DNA of 64,000 bases from Berkelbacteria bacterium GW2011_GWE1_39_12 (GCA_001029735.1 CP011213.1:784298-848297); one strand, 5' to 3'. Positions 35,499 through 45,781 are shown, numbered from the stretch's first letter. The notes: a model not told the origin generated them from the letters alone. A program made the numbers and translations.

Positions 35499-36030
35499 AG
35501 ATATGTATTTAGAAAAAATCGTGCCACAGCTACAAAAAGAAGACAAGCTCAATAAAATGGCTGTTCCGAAAGTAGAAAAAGTGGTTATCAACGTCGGTAT
35601 CGGTAAAATCCGTGCCAACGAGGGTTTAGTTAATCAAATCAAGAAGAATATCGAAGCTATTGCCGGACAAAAACCGGCCGTCCGCAAAGCCAAAAAAGCC
35701 ATTTCAGGTTTTAAAGTTCGCGAAGGTGATGAAGTCGGTTTGACTGTTACCTTACGGGGCGAAAGAATGTATGATTTTATGGATAAATTGGCTAATGTCA
35801 CTTTGCCTCGAGTTCGTGATTTTCGCGGCTTGAACCCAAAAAGCTTTGACAAAAAAGGTGGTTTTACCCTTGGTATTAGAGAACACATATACTTCCCAGA
35901 GGTTGCACACAGTACAGAAAATATTCATGGTCTTGAAGTCACAATCGTGACAACGGCCAAAACCCCTGTCGAAGCACAAAAATTATTAAAATTGTTAGGT
36001 TTTCCTTTTAAGGAGAAAGATAATGGCTAA
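35485..36030 (+). CDS. rplE: 50S ribosomal protein L5
   Basis: [28 protein letters not shown]. Confidence 0.99.
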   Translation: MSRLKDMYLEKIVPQLQKEDKLNKMAVPKVEKVVINVGIGKIRANEGLVNQIKKNIEAIAGQKPAVRKAKKAISGFKVREGDEVGLTVTLRGERMYDFMDKLANVTLPRVRDFRGLNPKSFDKKGGFTLGIREHIYFPEVAHSTENIHGLEVTIVTTAKTPVEAQKLLKLLGFPFKEKDNG

Positions 36031-36208
36031 AGTAAGTCAAATTAATAGGGCCTTAAAAAAGCCAAAATTTAGCACCAGAATTGTTCGCCGATGCAACCGC
36101 TGTGGTCGACGCCACGGTTTCATCCGAAAATTCGGGCTTTGCAGAATTTGTTTTCGCGAATTAGCGACCAAAGCGCAAATCCCTGGTGTAACAAAGTCAT
36201 CGTGGTAG
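36023..36208 (+). CDS. rpsN: 30S ribosomal protein S14, zinc-binding type Z
   Basis: 61 aa, CNRCGR...[17 protein letters not shown]. Confidence 0.98.
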   Translation: MAKVSQINRALKKPKFSTRIVRRCNRCGRRHGFIRKFGLCRICFRELATKAQIPGVTKSSW

Positions 36209-36217
36209 GAGTATAAA

Positions 36218-36613
36218 ATGGATACAATAGCAAACATGTTCACACAACTTAAAAACGCAGGTCATGCCGGAAAGAAAGAAGTTTCCGTTTCTTACTCAAA
36301 GCTAAATTTAGCCATTTTAGCCATTTTGAAGGAAAAAGGTTTTGTTGCTTCATTCAAAGAAGAAACAGCCGAAGGAAAAAAATATCCTAACCTAACAGTT
36401 ACCTTATCTTTTAAGGCAAATAACGAATTATCATTCAATGATATTCGCCGTGTCAGCCGATCTGGTCGCCGCATTTATGTTGGCGCCGGACGATTGCCAC
36501 AGTTAATGCGCGGCAAAGCGGAAATCTTAGTTTCAACTTCCAAAGGTGTTATGAGTGGAACTGACGCGAAGAAAAAAGGCCTTGGCGGAGAGATTCTAGG
36601 AGAGGTGGTCTAA
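36218..36613 (+). CDS. rpsH: 30S ribosomal protein S8
   Basis: DTIANMFTQLKNA, RVSRSGRRIY, STSKGVM, GGEIL. Confidence 0.98.
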   Translation: MDTIANMFTQLKNAGHAGKKEVSVSYSKLNLAILAILKEKGFVASFKEETAEGKKYPNLTVTLSFKANNELSFNDIRRVSRSGRRIYVGAGRLPQLMRGKAEILVSTSKGVMSGTDAKKKGLGGEILGEVV

Positions 36614-36662
36614 TGGCCATGATAAATCATGTCGCGGAATTTTCGGGAAAGAGGAAAATATG
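36613..36662 (+). other. hairpin-GCGGA-hairpin-ATG element between rpsH and rplF
   Basis: ATG GC CATGAT aa ATCATG TC GCGGA ATTTTC gggaaagag GAAAAT ATG. Confidence 0.85.
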
Positions 36663-37214
36663 AGTAGAATTGGAAGATTACCGATCAAAAATATAGAAGG
36701 TGTGACTTTCACCGAGGATCATGGTCACATTGTGATTACTGGCCCAAAGGGCGAGCAGGTTTTAGAATTCCCAAGACAGCTTAAGCTGGAAAAGACGGAT
36801 TCTGAAATTATTTTATCTCGTAACTCTGAAGACAAAAAAATCAGAGCTTTGCATGGTTTATATCGCCAGTTAATCGCTAATGCCATGGAAGGCGTTAGTA
36901 AAGGTTGGGAAAAGAAATTAGATTTTAAAGGTGTTGGTTATCGCGCGGAAACGCAAGGCGATAATAAATTAGTTATGGCATTGGGTTTTTCCCATCCGGT
37001 TGAAATTATTGCCCCAGAAGGCATCACTTTCACGGTTCAAAAAAATGTCATTACTGTCAGCGGCATCGACAAACAAAAAGTCGGTCAAGTTGCTGCCAAT
37101 ATCCGAAAAATTCGCCCAGTCGAACCATATAAAGGTAAAGGTCTTAAATATATTGACGAAATCCCACGTAAAAAACTTGGTAAAGCGGCTAAAGCAGCCG
37201 GGGGAGCAGCCTAA
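36660..37214 (+). CDS. rplF: 50S ribosomal protein L6
   Basis: [28 protein letters not shown]. Confidence 0.99.
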   Translation: MSRIGRLPIKNIEGVTFTEDHGHIVITGPKGEQVLEFPRQLKLEKTDSEIILSRNSEDKKIRALHGLYRQLIANAMEGVSKGWEKKLDFKGVGYRAETQGDNKLVMALGFSHPVEIIAPEGITFTVQKNVITVSGIDKQKVGQVAANIRKIRPVEPYKGKGLKYIDEIPRKKLGKAAKAAGGAA

Positions 37215-37522
37215 TGATATTAGATAGAAAAATAAGAACAATTAACCGCGTTCGCGCGAAAGTCTCCGGTACAGCCGAAAGACCAAGATTAGCGGTCTTT
37301 AGATCTTTAACCGGCATTTCTGGCCAATTGATTGACGACCAAAAAGGTGTCACTCTTATTTCAGTTGCAGGTAAAGATGCCAGTGAAGCAGGTAAAACAA
37401 TGGCCAAAAAAGCAGTCGAAATGAAAATTCAAGAAGCTGTTTTTGATCGCCGATCTTATCGCTACCATGGTCGTGTTAAAGCCTTTGCTGAAGGCGCCCG
37501 AGATGGAGGATTAAAGATATGA
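37214..37522 (+). CDS. rplR: 50S ribosomal protein L18 (shortened)
   Basis: [30 protein letters not shown]. Confidence 0.97.
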   Translation: MILDRKIRTINRVRAKVSGTAERPRLAVFRSLTGISGQLIDDQKGVTLISVAGKDASEAGKTMAKKAVEMKIQEAVFDRRSYRYHGRVKAFAEGARDGGLKI

Positions 37523-38088
37523 ACCCATCACAAGATATAAAACAACCGGTTCAACCGGCTGCAAATCCAAAGAGAAACGAACGCGAATTCAGCGTTGGAC
37601 GACGTGGCGAAGGCCGCGAAAGGCCAAAGAGCGAATTCGAAGAGCATGTTTTGCAGGTTGACCGCGTTTCCCGAACAGTTAAGGGTGGAAAACGTGTTCG
37701 ATTCCGTGCTTTAGTTATTATCGGTAACCGTAATGGTAAAATTGCCATGGGTGTCGGTAAAGCCGCTGAAGTTCAAGTCGCCGTTCAGAAAGCCGTTACT
37801 ATCGCTAAAAAGAATATTTTAGTAATTCCGATCGTAAATGAAACCATTCCTTATCCGATTGATATTCATTCTGGCGCCGCTCACATTATTTTGAAGCCGG
37901 CCAAACCAGGTACATCTGTTATTGCTGGTGGCACCATTCGTGTCATTTGTAACCTAGCTGGTATTCGTAACTTAGTCGCCAAGATTTTAGGGACAGCCAA
38001 TAAGATCAATAATGCGCAAACTACTATGTTGGCATTATCACAAATGGCCAAGAGACATGCAGAGGAGAATCCAAATGGAGTTAAATAA
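37519..38088 (+). CDS. rpsE: 30S ribosomal protein S5
   Basis: [27 protein letters not shown]. Confidence 0.98.
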   Translation: MNPSQDIKQPVQPAANPKRNEREFSVGRRGEGRERPKSEFEEHVLQVDRVSRTVKGGKRVRFRALVIIGNRNGKIAMGVGKAAEVQVAVQKAVTIAKKNILVIPIVNETIPYPIDIHSGAAHIILKPAKPGTSVIAGGTIRVICNLAGIRNLVAKILGTANKINNAQTTMLALSQMAKRHAEENPNGVK

Positions 38089-38605
38089 ACTTATTTCAAT
38101 TAAGACGACCAAAAAAGCAAAGCGTTTAGGACGCGGGCTTTCTTCAGGAAAAGGTGAAACTTCTGGTCGTGGTACCAAGGGTCAGAAATCACGCTCAGGC
38201 CATAACATTCCTCGATCATTCGAAGGTGGACAAACTCCGTTAATCCAACGTTTAGCCAAAGCTCGTGGTTTTAATTCTATTCATGCCAAGCCAGAAATCG
38301 TTCATATTGTTGATATTGAAAAAAACTTCAACGACGGCGACACAGTCAATTTTAAATCTTTATTAGAGAAGAAATTAGTTCATTCAGTTAAAGATGGTGT
38401 CAAAGTAGTCGGACCGGGTAAATTAACCAAGTCTTTGCGGTTCCTGGAAGTTAAACTAACCAAGAGTTTGTTTGAAGCAGCTTCCAACAATAAGCCAGCT
38501 GCTAAACCAGCCAAGGCTGTTGAAGCGGAAGTCAAAGAAGCACCTGTTAAGAAAGTTACAGAGAAGAAACCAGTCGCCAAAAAGTCTGCAAAAAAGGCAG
38601 AGTAA
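38075..38605 (+). CDS. rplO: 50S ribosomal protein L15 with Lys/Ala-rich tail
   Basis: RLGRGLSSGKGETSGRGTKGQKSR, FEGGQTPL; ATG at 38075 after GAGGAG. Confidence 0.97.
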   Translation: MELNKLISIKTTKKAKRLGRGLSSGKGETSGRGTKGQKSRSGHNIPRSFEGGQTPLIQRLAKARGFNSIHAKPEIVHIVDIEKNFNDGDTVNFKSLLEKKLVHSVKDGVKVVGPGKLTKSLRFLEVKLTKSLFEAASNNKPAAKPAKAVEAEVKEAPVKKVTEKKPVAKKSAKKAE

Positions 38606-38631
38606 CAAAGATATATGTGATTGATATATAT

Positions 38632-38660
38632 GCAAAAAGGATCCGCAAGGGTCTTTTTTG
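38632..38660 (+). terminator. intrinsic terminator ending the spc cluster
   Basis: AAAAAGGATCC-GCAA-GGGTCTTTTTT. Confidence 0.85.
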
Positions 38661-38724
38661 GTATAATATAACTGTATTTGTAAATACATAGACAATATTA
38701 ATAATAGAAATCTGAGTCTAAACT

Positions 38725-39618
38725 ATGATTAGAATCGGCTATGTTGGTAACAATTTAACTTTGGGTTGTACCAGTTCCAGTACTTTTCGGCTTGCATCAT
38801 ATAGTGATGTGAGACTGATCCAAACAGTGGCATCAAATCTTGAATGTTTACAAAAGATTCAAGATTTTAATGCTGAAAACAAAATCGAACTTTTTAGAAT
38901 CAGTTCTGATCTTATTCCTTTTGCTTCTCATGAAGTTTTGTCCTTCCTGTGGCAAGAGCATTTTAGAAGCGATTTTGCCAAAATCGGTCAATTTGCAGAA
39001 GAGAATAATATGCGTTTAACCATGCATCCGGATCAATTTGTAATTTTAAACTCACAAAACAACGCTTTAACTCAAAAATCAATTTTAGAACTAAATTACC
39101 ACGCTGAGGTATTAGATTTATTAGGCACCGATTCTAGCTCAAAAATACAAATTCATATCGGCGGAGGCTATGGCGATAAAAAAGCAAGTATGAATAGGTT
39201 TATGGAAAATTACAAGCAATTGCCAGAAAAAATAAAAAGAAGATTAATAATTGAAAATGACGATCGGATCTTTACCGCTAAAGATTGTTTAAGCGTTTCG
39301 AGTAAGACCGGTATTCCGATAGTTTTAGATTATTTTCACCAGGCTTTAAATAATGACGGCGAAGAATTCATCGAAGTTTTAAATCAAGCTGCTAAAACTT
39401 GGAAACCTTCAGATGGATTTCCAATGTTGGATTATAGCAGTCAGAATATTAACAAAAGACGTGGTTCTCATGCGGAAACCTTAGATAGCGAAGATTTTAA
39501 GATATTTTTAGAAAAATTAACCGGTAACTTCGATGTTACAATTGAAATAAAAGATAAAGAAATAAGCGCGCTCAAAGCCAATCTTATTTTAAAAAGATTT
39601 AAAAAAGCGGCTTGTTAG
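38725..39618 (+). CDS. uvsE: UV DNA damage endonuclease
   Basis: FRISSDLIPFASH, RLTMHPDQF, QIHIGG, IENDD. Confidence 0.95.
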   Translation: MIRIGYVGNNLTLGCTSSSTFRLASYSDVRLIQTVASNLECLQKIQDFNAENKIELFRISSDLIPFASHEVLSFLWQEHFRSDFAKIGQFAEENNMRLTMHPDQFVILNSQNNALTQKSILELNYHAEVLDLLGTDSSSKIQIHIGGGYGDKKASMNRFMENYKQLPEKIKRRLIIENDDRIFTAKDCLSVSSKTGIPIVLDYFHQALNNDGEEFIEVLNQAAKTWKPSDGFPMLDYSSQNINKRRGSHAETLDSEDFKIFLEKLTGNFDVTIEIKDKEISALKANLILKRFKKAAC

Positions 39619-40226
39619 CCGCTTACTGTGGTCACTGTCTCCAAATCGATAAATCTTCGACACTGGTCGAGACGTTCTCGAGCTTTCCCTTCTTGCTCTA
39701 GGGTCAGGTCATCTCTGCCTAGTATCCGCAGGTAAAGTGTTGCGGAGAATCGGTACGCGTCGTGGGTTTCCTGACACATATATCTATCTGCGAGCGACAG
39801 CATGTCGTCAGGGTCGGAACCTGGATCCTCAAAGACCTTCTTCGGGCAAATGAGGACTCCCTCCATGTCAAACGGATTTGTTCTCCAATGCTGCTCGCTC
39901 TCTGGCTCGACGGAGGAAAATACTCCGTCGTATTGCGAAAATCTGTAGCCAAGCACCAAGCCGGGAACATTCAACGGATTGAGCTTCGGATCCGCGGTGA
40001 TCCTCGCCATCACCGGGAACCAGCCGCCCATGAATCGTGTAAGGCTGATTGAATATGCGTAATCTCCATTATCGCTTTCCACCTCAGCCATGTATTTATC
40101 TGTCGCACTATCGAGCTGGGTGGTGACCGCTTCAATCTTACTGGCGTTCTCTCCGGACAAGATGGCAATAGCCATCCTAACCGATTTGTCCAAGTCGTTG
40201 TCTGCTATAACGCACATTACTTCCAT
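39615..40226 (-). CDS. hypothetical protein (stand-alone cassette)
   Basis: ATG after GAGGAGG; consensus promoter TTGACA-17-TATAAT at 40263-40291. Confidence 0.78.
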   Translation of the reverse strand: MEVMCVIADNDLDKSVRMAIAILSGENASKIEAVTTQLDSATDKYMAEVESDNGDYAYSISLTRFMGGWFPVMARITADPKLNPLNVPGLVLGYRFSQYDGVFSSVEPESEQHWRTNPFDMEGVLICPKKVFEDPGSDPDDMLSLADRYMCQETHDAYRFSATLYLRILGRDDLTLEQEGKARERLDQCRRFIDLETVTTVSG

Positions 40227-40324
40227 CAACATCCTCCTCAGCGATAAAAACAATCCGTTAACATTATAGGTAATTTTTCGCCTTTTGTCAACGCTTGAGC
40301 TATGTTTTTGATACAATAGAACTA

Positions 40325-40990
40325 ATGATAAATTTATTAATTATTTTCGCCGCCTTAATCCTCTTCGCATACCTCACGAACTTTTTGCTTGTTCGGTCGT
40401 TTTTAGGTTTTAGATGGCGGTTTTTTGTCGCACCAGGTGTTATTATCCACGAACTTTCTCATGCTTTCGCCTGTGTCTTAATGTTTGCCAAGGTAAAGAA
40501 AATATCATTTTTCGATAAAGATGGGGGATCAGTCACTCATGAAAAATCAAAGATCCCAATCATCGGCCCAATATTGATCTCGTTGGCACCATTGGCTGTT
40601 GGTATCTTTCTTTTCTTTTTCTTAGGTAGGATCATTCATTTGGATGGTTCGCTCGACACCTCAGCTGTCGTAAATAACCTTAAAACCATTTATTGCCAAA
40701 TTGATTTCACTAATTGGCGAAACATTCTCATCGTTTATTTACTCCTCTCCATTGCCGTGACCATGACACCAAGCTGGCAGGATTTAATTAATATGCTACT
40801 ACCGCTCGTCATTTTAGCGGGAAGTTTTTATCTGCTCTTTCGCTTTACGCATCTCGTTAATTTCTCACAATACGAGCCGTTTGTCTTGCATCTCACGCCG
40901 ATTTTAGATCTTGTGGTTTTTGTACTCGCAGTTTGTTTGGCCATTAGTTTCATCTTTTATTTGATCACTTGGGCTGTGTTTCAAAGATAG
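40325..40990 (+). CDS. membrane metalloprotease-like protein (M50B-like)
   Basis: PGVIIHELSHA (HExxH), ISLAP, multiple TM helices. Confidence 0.85.
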   Translation: MINLLIIFAALILFAYLTNFLLVRSFLGFRWRFFVAPGVIIHELSHAFACVLMFAKVKKISFFDKDGGSVTHEKSKIPIIGPILISLAPLAVGIFLFFFLGRIIHLDGSLDTSAVVNNLKTIYCQIDFTNWRNILIVYLLLSIAVTMTPSWQDLINMLLPLVILAGSFYLLFRFTHLVNFSQYEPFVLHLTPILDLVVFVLAVCLAISFIFYLITWAVFQR

Positions 40991-41050
40991 TTTATACTAA
41001 AAAAGGGCAAGTGTTTAACTTACCCTTGATGGTTACTTGTTAAGTATGGT

Positions 41051-41845
41051 TTATTCGTCTGACTCAATCTCTGTGATCAGACGGCTTGCCATCGCTTCAA
41101 CCAATTTCTTACGGGTCGATCCTTCCTTGTCGTCGATAATCTCGTCGATCATGCTTGGAAGGCGCAATCTGAGTTGCGTTAGAATAGCGTCTCGATCATC
41201 GTTTTCATTATAGCTATCTGTATCGAAGAACGTGCTGACGAGATCTTCGGCATCACTGATGAGCCGAGCCTTCAGCTTGTCTCGATAAGCTAGCAGTACC
41301 TCTTCGTCTAGGATGACTTTCTCGATTTGTTCAGAAATCGTATCCTTGCGTCTATCGCCAAGGTCATCCTCGTTGTCATCGAAGTATTCATCGATATCTG
41401 AATCGCTTGGGATAAGCTTGCTTCCGATCAAGCGCAGTTTTTCTTCCGGTATGTTTCCTGCGATTGCCTGATCTTTAAGCCTCTCAAGGGAATCACTGAA
41501 GAAACTTTGCGGAAGATTATCGATGATCGCTTCAAATCTCAATTGCAGCTTCTGCTGAGAAACCTGCAATGTTGTTGGGGACAACGAAAAGCCTGAAGAT
41601 TGTTCACCGATCATGGCACTGATCGTGGACTCAATTCGACTACCGATCGCTTTCTCGTAGGCTTGAACTCTTTTCTCAAAGGCTTCAAACTCTTGTCTAA
41701 CATTGACCGAATCTTTTTTGGGGATATTCTGAAGTTGAAACGTAAGTTCTGCAATTCTTTTCTTTGAAGAAAGGGCAGAACCTATTGCGACACCAACAGC
41801 GATAACACATAGAACAACTACGATAAGCATTAAACCAGACAACAT
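41051..41845 (-). CDS. membrane-anchored helical hypothetical protein (stand-alone cassette)
   Basis: N-terminal TM helix, AGGAGG RBS, promoter TTTACA-17-TATATT, terminator at 40996-41032. Confidence 0.78.
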   Translation of the reverse strand: MLSGLMLIVVVLCVIAVGVAIGSALSSKKRIAELTFQLQNIPKKDSVNVRQEFEAFEKRVQAYEKAIGSRIESTISAMIGEQSSGFSLSPTTLQVSQQKLQLRFEAIIDNLPQSFFSDSLERLKDQAIAGNIPEEKLRLIGSKLIPSDSDIDEYFDDNEDDLGDRRKDTISEQIEKVILDEEVLLAYRDKLKARLISDAEDLVSTFFDTDSYNENDDRDAILTQLRLRLPSMIDEIIDDKEGSTRKKLVEAMASRLITEIESDE

Positions 41846-42035
41846 GCTTGGATCCCTCCTGTTTGTTATGTGTGCTTTGCGAGCAACAGAGTAATATACC
41901 ATATAACTATACATTTGTAAAGGCTGTTAACATCTATTAAGTTTTGAAATATTAACCAATTAAAGTGACATGGAAAAATGTTAAGCTGTTTAAGGGTGAA
42001 AAACACAAAGCTAAAAATTAATTTAGGAAAAAACC

Positions 42036-42518
42036 ATGGAAAAAACGAAAATTACAACTGAGCCTGACAAACTGAAAATTGTTATCGAAAGAGTGCTTAA
42101 CGCGCCAAGAGAACTTGTATGGAAAGCCTTCAATGATCCGGAACTTATCGTCCAATGGTGGGGACTGAGAGATCAAACAACTGTTATCGAAAAAATGGAG
42201 GTCAAGCCTGGCGGCGAATGGAGATTTATTTCTCATAACCCAGATGGTAGTAAAGATATTTTTTATGGCGAATACAAAGAAATTAAGCCGCCTTATCTTG
42301 TTTCACAAACGTTCAACTATGAGCCAATTGGTTTAGGCCATGAATCTTTGGACACGGTTGATCTTTCGGAAATGGACGGGAAAACAAAGCTCAAAACAAC
42401 TTCAGTTTTCAAGACACTTGATGACTTAAATGGTATGATTGGGTCAGGTATGGAAAAAGGGGTTAATGAGTCATACGAACGACTCGATGACCTTTTGGAA
42501 AAAATGAAAGCTGAATAG
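42036..42518 (+). CDS. SRPBCC/AHSA1-like domain protein
   Basis: ERVLNAPRELVWKAFNDPE..QWWG, GGEWRF, SGMEKG..ESYERLDDLL. Confidence 0.92.
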   Translation: MEKTKITTEPDKLKIVIERVLNAPRELVWKAFNDPELIVQWWGLRDQTTVIEKMEVKPGGEWRFISHNPDGSKDIFYGEYKEIKPPYLVSQTFNYEPIGLGHESLDTVDLSEMDGKTKLKTTSVFKTLDDLNGMIGSGMEKGVNESYERLDDLLEKMKAE

Positions 42519-42526
42519 ATCGTTAA

Positions 42527-43012
42527 ATGAATAAAGTTCAATTTACTCAAAAATTCAAATCCAGAATTTATTTGGGGAAATTTAACTATTGGAAGTTTTT
42601 TGTTTCGCCGGTTGAATTGTCGGAAGAAAAAATTCTAATAGAAGATTTCGCTGAATTTTATTGTCCTTGGTATTATGTAGATAATCGAGAAGTTAGCTTT
42701 AGTGAAGCGCAAAAAAATCCAACGGCAAGGGCAATAAATATAAACAAGGCCAGCAAAATTAATTTAAGTGATAGTCGAATGAAGGCGATTAGTTGTATTA
42801 AGCCTGATATTATTAGCTCGTTGAATCCAATTCCTTTAGCTCAAGATCTAAAAACAAATAAAGTGTTAGTTCTCGACAGTAATAAAACACTGATTGGTTT
42901 GTATAAATTTTTTCTCACTAACAAAATCGAAAATGTAAAAATACCGGTAGTTATAATTAAGGGGTATAATCTCGAAAAGATTGTCGGCGATTTTGAAATT
43001 ATTAATAGATAG
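42527..43012 (+). CDS. hypothetical protein
   Basis: 161-aa ORF directly downstream of the SRPBCC gene. Confidence 0.7.
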   Translation: MNKVQFTQKFKSRIYLGKFNYWKFFVSPVELSEEKILIEDFAEFYCPWYYVDNREVSFSEAQKNPTARAININKASKINLSDSRMKAISCIKPDIISSLNPIPLAQDLKTNKVLVLDSNKTLIGLYKFFLTNKIENVKIPVVIIKGYNLEKIVGDFEIINR

Positions 43013-43132
43013 ATAAAAATGCCCTTGATTCCAGGGCATTACCATTAGTTGATTTGACTGTGGTTTATTGATGTTTCTATTAAAAAAGGATATGATGTAC
43101 GCATCATACCTTGCTGGGTTAGGAGGATTGCA

Positions 43133-43369
43133 ATGATTATTAATTGTAGAGAGTGTGGCCATGGTCTGAGCCATAGAATACAAGGCCCGTGTGTGAATTG
43201 CGGTGAACCAGAACCATTCAAATGCTGTATCTGTGGCAGATTTCTAAATGGACCTTTGACCAACGATGTCACAACTCAGCCTACGCACAGAATCACGAGC
43301 AAAGGTCCCGTTTGCGCATCAACAAGTTGCATGGAGAAATTTATTATTCTCCAACTTTCGAAACGATGA
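43133..43369 (+). CDS. small Cys-rich Zn-ribbon protein (stand-alone cassette)
   Basis: CREC, CVNC, CCIC, CASTSC; AGGAGG RBS; promoter 43068-43096; CCGCGG hairpin terminator. Confidence 0.75.
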   Translation: MIINCRECGHGLSHRIQGPCVNCGEPEPFKCCICGRFLNGPLTNDVTTQPTHRITSKGPVCASTSCMEKFIILQLSKR

Positions 43370-43507
43370 TCGGCCGCGGATAAACCCCGCGGTTTTTTAA
43401 TTCCTGAGATATTCAATTTCCTTCTCACTGGTAAGATTGACTTTGACCCTTAATTTTGTTATGATTTAGCGTTATTTGTACCTACTACAATAAGGAAGGT
43501 GATTTAA

Positions 43508-44299
43508 ATGGAGTTGATTTCTCAATGTGCATTGGCTCATGGCCAACCTATAAAAGGTATAAGAACGCCTTGCTACGAATGTAATAGTACCTTCGAGATT
43601 ACTGGAAGAGAACATTACTTCGAATGGCACGGAGAAAGATACAATAGAGCTGAAAAGATCTTCCCTAAAGGTCTGGCCGATTTCATTTACTTGATCAATT
43701 ACAATTTTAGTACCGAGTATAATCTACGACGAATATATAACTTTATGGTGAAATGCCCGACGCCCGGCTGCAGAAACTGGTTAAGCATTCAAAGTAAGGA
43801 CAGTATAGAGCTTGTGGTGGCTTGGCAATACGATCAGGGAATGGTGAACTACGCGGAATATCAGAAGTCATGGCTGAATAATCTTAAAGAAAAGCTTCAT
43901 TTTGCATCAAAAGAGTCTGTGGAGCATCAAGTTTTCAGGAGTAACTTTGAAGTAAGAAAAGAAGTGCACGGGCTTATAGAAAGCATCTTGCAAACGGAAA
44001 GGTTGATTAGCTCTTATGAAGGGCTTGTAGAACAACCCTATTTGGATCGATATGTTGCTGCAAAGCATAATTTAGACACTTTGCATTCACGTTTGGAGCG
44101 TTTCTTGGTGCTTCGAGCGAAGATTGAAAGGATAACCGAAGATCTGCGAAATGCTCTAATTACCAATGCTTTTACAGAGAAAGAGGCAGAGCTCAGAGCC
44201 CAAAAGGATCTTGAATCCTTGGCGGTTAAGCAAAAGAGCGATCCTGTTGCGTGGGCAGACCTACTTTCTGCTTACGAAGACATTATACAAATCAATTAA
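43508..44299 (+). CDS. hypothetical protein, N-terminal Cys motifs plus C-terminal coiled coil (stand-alone cassette)
   Basis: CYEC and CPTPGC; promoter TTGACT-17-TATGAT at 43437-43465; terminator at 44306-44330. Confidence 0.78.
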   Translation: MELISQCALAHGQPIKGIRTPCYECNSTFEITGREHYFEWHGERYNRAEKIFPKGLADFIYLINYNFSTEYNLRRIYNFMVKCPTPGCRNWLSIQSKDSIELVVAWQYDQGMVNYAEYQKSWLNNLKEKLHFASKESVEHQVFRSNFEVRKEVHGLIESILQTERLISSYEGLVEQPYLDRYVAAKHNLDTLHSRLERFLVLRAKIERITEDLRNALITNAFTEKEAELRAQKDLESLAVKQKSDPVAWADLLSAYEDIIQIN

Positions 44300-44343
44300 T
44301 CATATGAGGAAGTTATTACTTCCTCTTTTTAATATCGAAATAC

Positions 44344-44370
44344 TAAAAAAGCGGTTATTTCTAACCGCTA
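44344..44370 (-). terminator. intrinsic terminator, identical to 45790-45816
   Basis: Minus strand reads TAGCGGTTA-GAAA-TAACCGCTTTTTTA. Confidence 0.9.
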
Positions 44371-44378
44371 GAATATTC

Positions 44379-44768
44379 TCATTTAGGTCGTGACGTCTTA
44401 CGTTTGTTCTCATCTGGATGTGGATCGCAGATTTCTCTCCATTTGCTATAGTCGACCCCATTGGTTTTCGCAGGAGCTGACGGAGGCTCATCACGTCCGC
44501 ATCGCCGACACTTACCATTATTGAAATCGCAAATCATCTTGCTTTCCCCCAGAGGGATGTGACATCTTTTGCATCTTACAACTTTTGCACAGGGATGATT
44601 CTCGGTCAAGGTCGGCTCTGATTCTGCATGTTTGACACGTACTTCAGTTGCGCGGCAACCGGCGCGCATACACTTTCGCTTTTGGACGCATTCACTATCC
44701 GTGTTATATTTCCAATTGCTCCAGCTGTGTCCCGAAAAAAGACACTTTAGGCGGTCAATAATTCCCAT
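44379..44768 (-). CDS. Cys/His-rich hypothetical protein (DUF1660-like N-terminus)
   Basis: LKCLFSGHSW followed by repeated C..R.C.RC units; promoter TTGACT-17-TACGAT at 44819-44847. Confidence 0.75.
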   Translation of the reverse strand: MGIIDRLKCLFSGHSWSNWKYNTDSECVQKRKCMRAGCRATEVRVKHAESEPTLTENHPCAKVVRCKRCHIPLGESKMICDFNNGKCRRCGRDEPPSAPAKTNGVDYSKWREICDPHPDENKRKTSRPK

Positions 44769-45001
44769 TGGACTGCTCCTTATGGCAAATTGTTAAGGGA
44801 GAACCCGAAACTGTACAAATCGTAACAACTCATGAGGCTAAAGTCAATATCAGTAAGGCTTTCCTTTTTTATTTATTTAAAAAAGCCCCCGCCTTCCAGT
44901 GTCTGGTTGAAAAGGTGGTATATTCATTTTAACTATTTACTTTACATATATTATTTTCTATAATAGTGGCAAATAAGAGGTTATTACCTCGAGGAGTATA
45001 A

Positions 45002-45781
45002 ATGTTATTAACATGGACTTTGTCAATTTTTGTAATAGCTGTGATTTTAAGCAGCATTAAGCAGATCAACCAATATCAGCGCGGGGTAAAGTTTAGATTG
45101 GGCAAGTTTGTAGGAATTATTGAACCAGGTTGGCGCTTAATTTTGCCTATTTTTGAATCAGTCACTAAAGTGGATATTCGCGTTAAAGCCGTCGATGTGC
45201 CAAATCAAGAAGCGATCACCAAAGACAATATTTCTGTTGGCATTAATGCAGTCATTTATTACAAAGTCGACGATGTCAGTAAAGCTATTTTGGAAGTCGA
45301 AAATTATTTCTACGCCATTTCTCAATTGGCCCAAACAACTATGCGAAATATTGTCGGTTCGGTGGATCTGGACACTTTGCTTTCCGAACGCGATAAAGTT
45401 TCAGAACAAATCCGCATGATAGTTGATAAACTTACCGATCCGTGGGGTATTAAAGTTCAAAATGTCGATCTAAAAGATGTATCCCTACCGGAAGATATGA
45501 AGCGTGTTATTGCCAAGCAAGCGGAAGCCGAACGTGAAAAAAGAGCGGTTATCACTAAAGCCGAAGGCGAAGTTATTGCTTCTACTAATTTAGCTAAAGC
45601 GGCACAGACCTTATCCGCTTCCGATGGCGCTTTGCACTTAAGAACGCTCAATACTTTAAATGATCTTTCATCGGATCAATCTAATACGGTTATTTTCGCT
45701 ATTCCTCTAGAGGTGTTAAGAGCCTTTGAAGGAAAAGGCAATGATACTCTTAAAAAACTCGCCGAGAAATTTTTAAAGTAA
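45002..45781 (+). CDS. SPFH/stomatin (band 7) family protein
   Basis: YQRGVKFRLG, QEAITKDN, LAQTTMRNIVG, AKQAEAEREKRA. Confidence 0.95.
   Translation: MLLTWTLSIFVIAVILSSIKQINQYQRGVKFRLGKFVGIIEPGWRLILPIFESVTKVDIRVKAVDVPNQEAITKDNISVGINAVIYYKVDDVSKAILEVENYFYAISQLAQTTMRNIVGSVDLDTLLSERDKVSEQIRMIVDKLTDPWGIKVQNVDLKDVSLPEDMKRVIAKQAEAEREKRAVITKAEGEVIASTNLAKAAQTLSASDGALHLRTLNTLNDLSSDQSNTVIFAIPLEVLRAFEGKGNDTLKKLAEKFLK

Noticed and set aside
38012-38088. Possible rpmD (L30) between rpsE and rplO, or an N-terminal extension of rplO
   Set aside because: rpsE overlaps the rplO ATG at 38075, so there is no room; absence of L30 is an established CPR trait, not a novelty
43374-43398. CCGCGGATAAACCCCGCGG as a copy of the GCGGA element
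   Set aside because: It is a simple intrinsic terminator (CCGCGG stem plus T-run) after the Zn-ribbon gene
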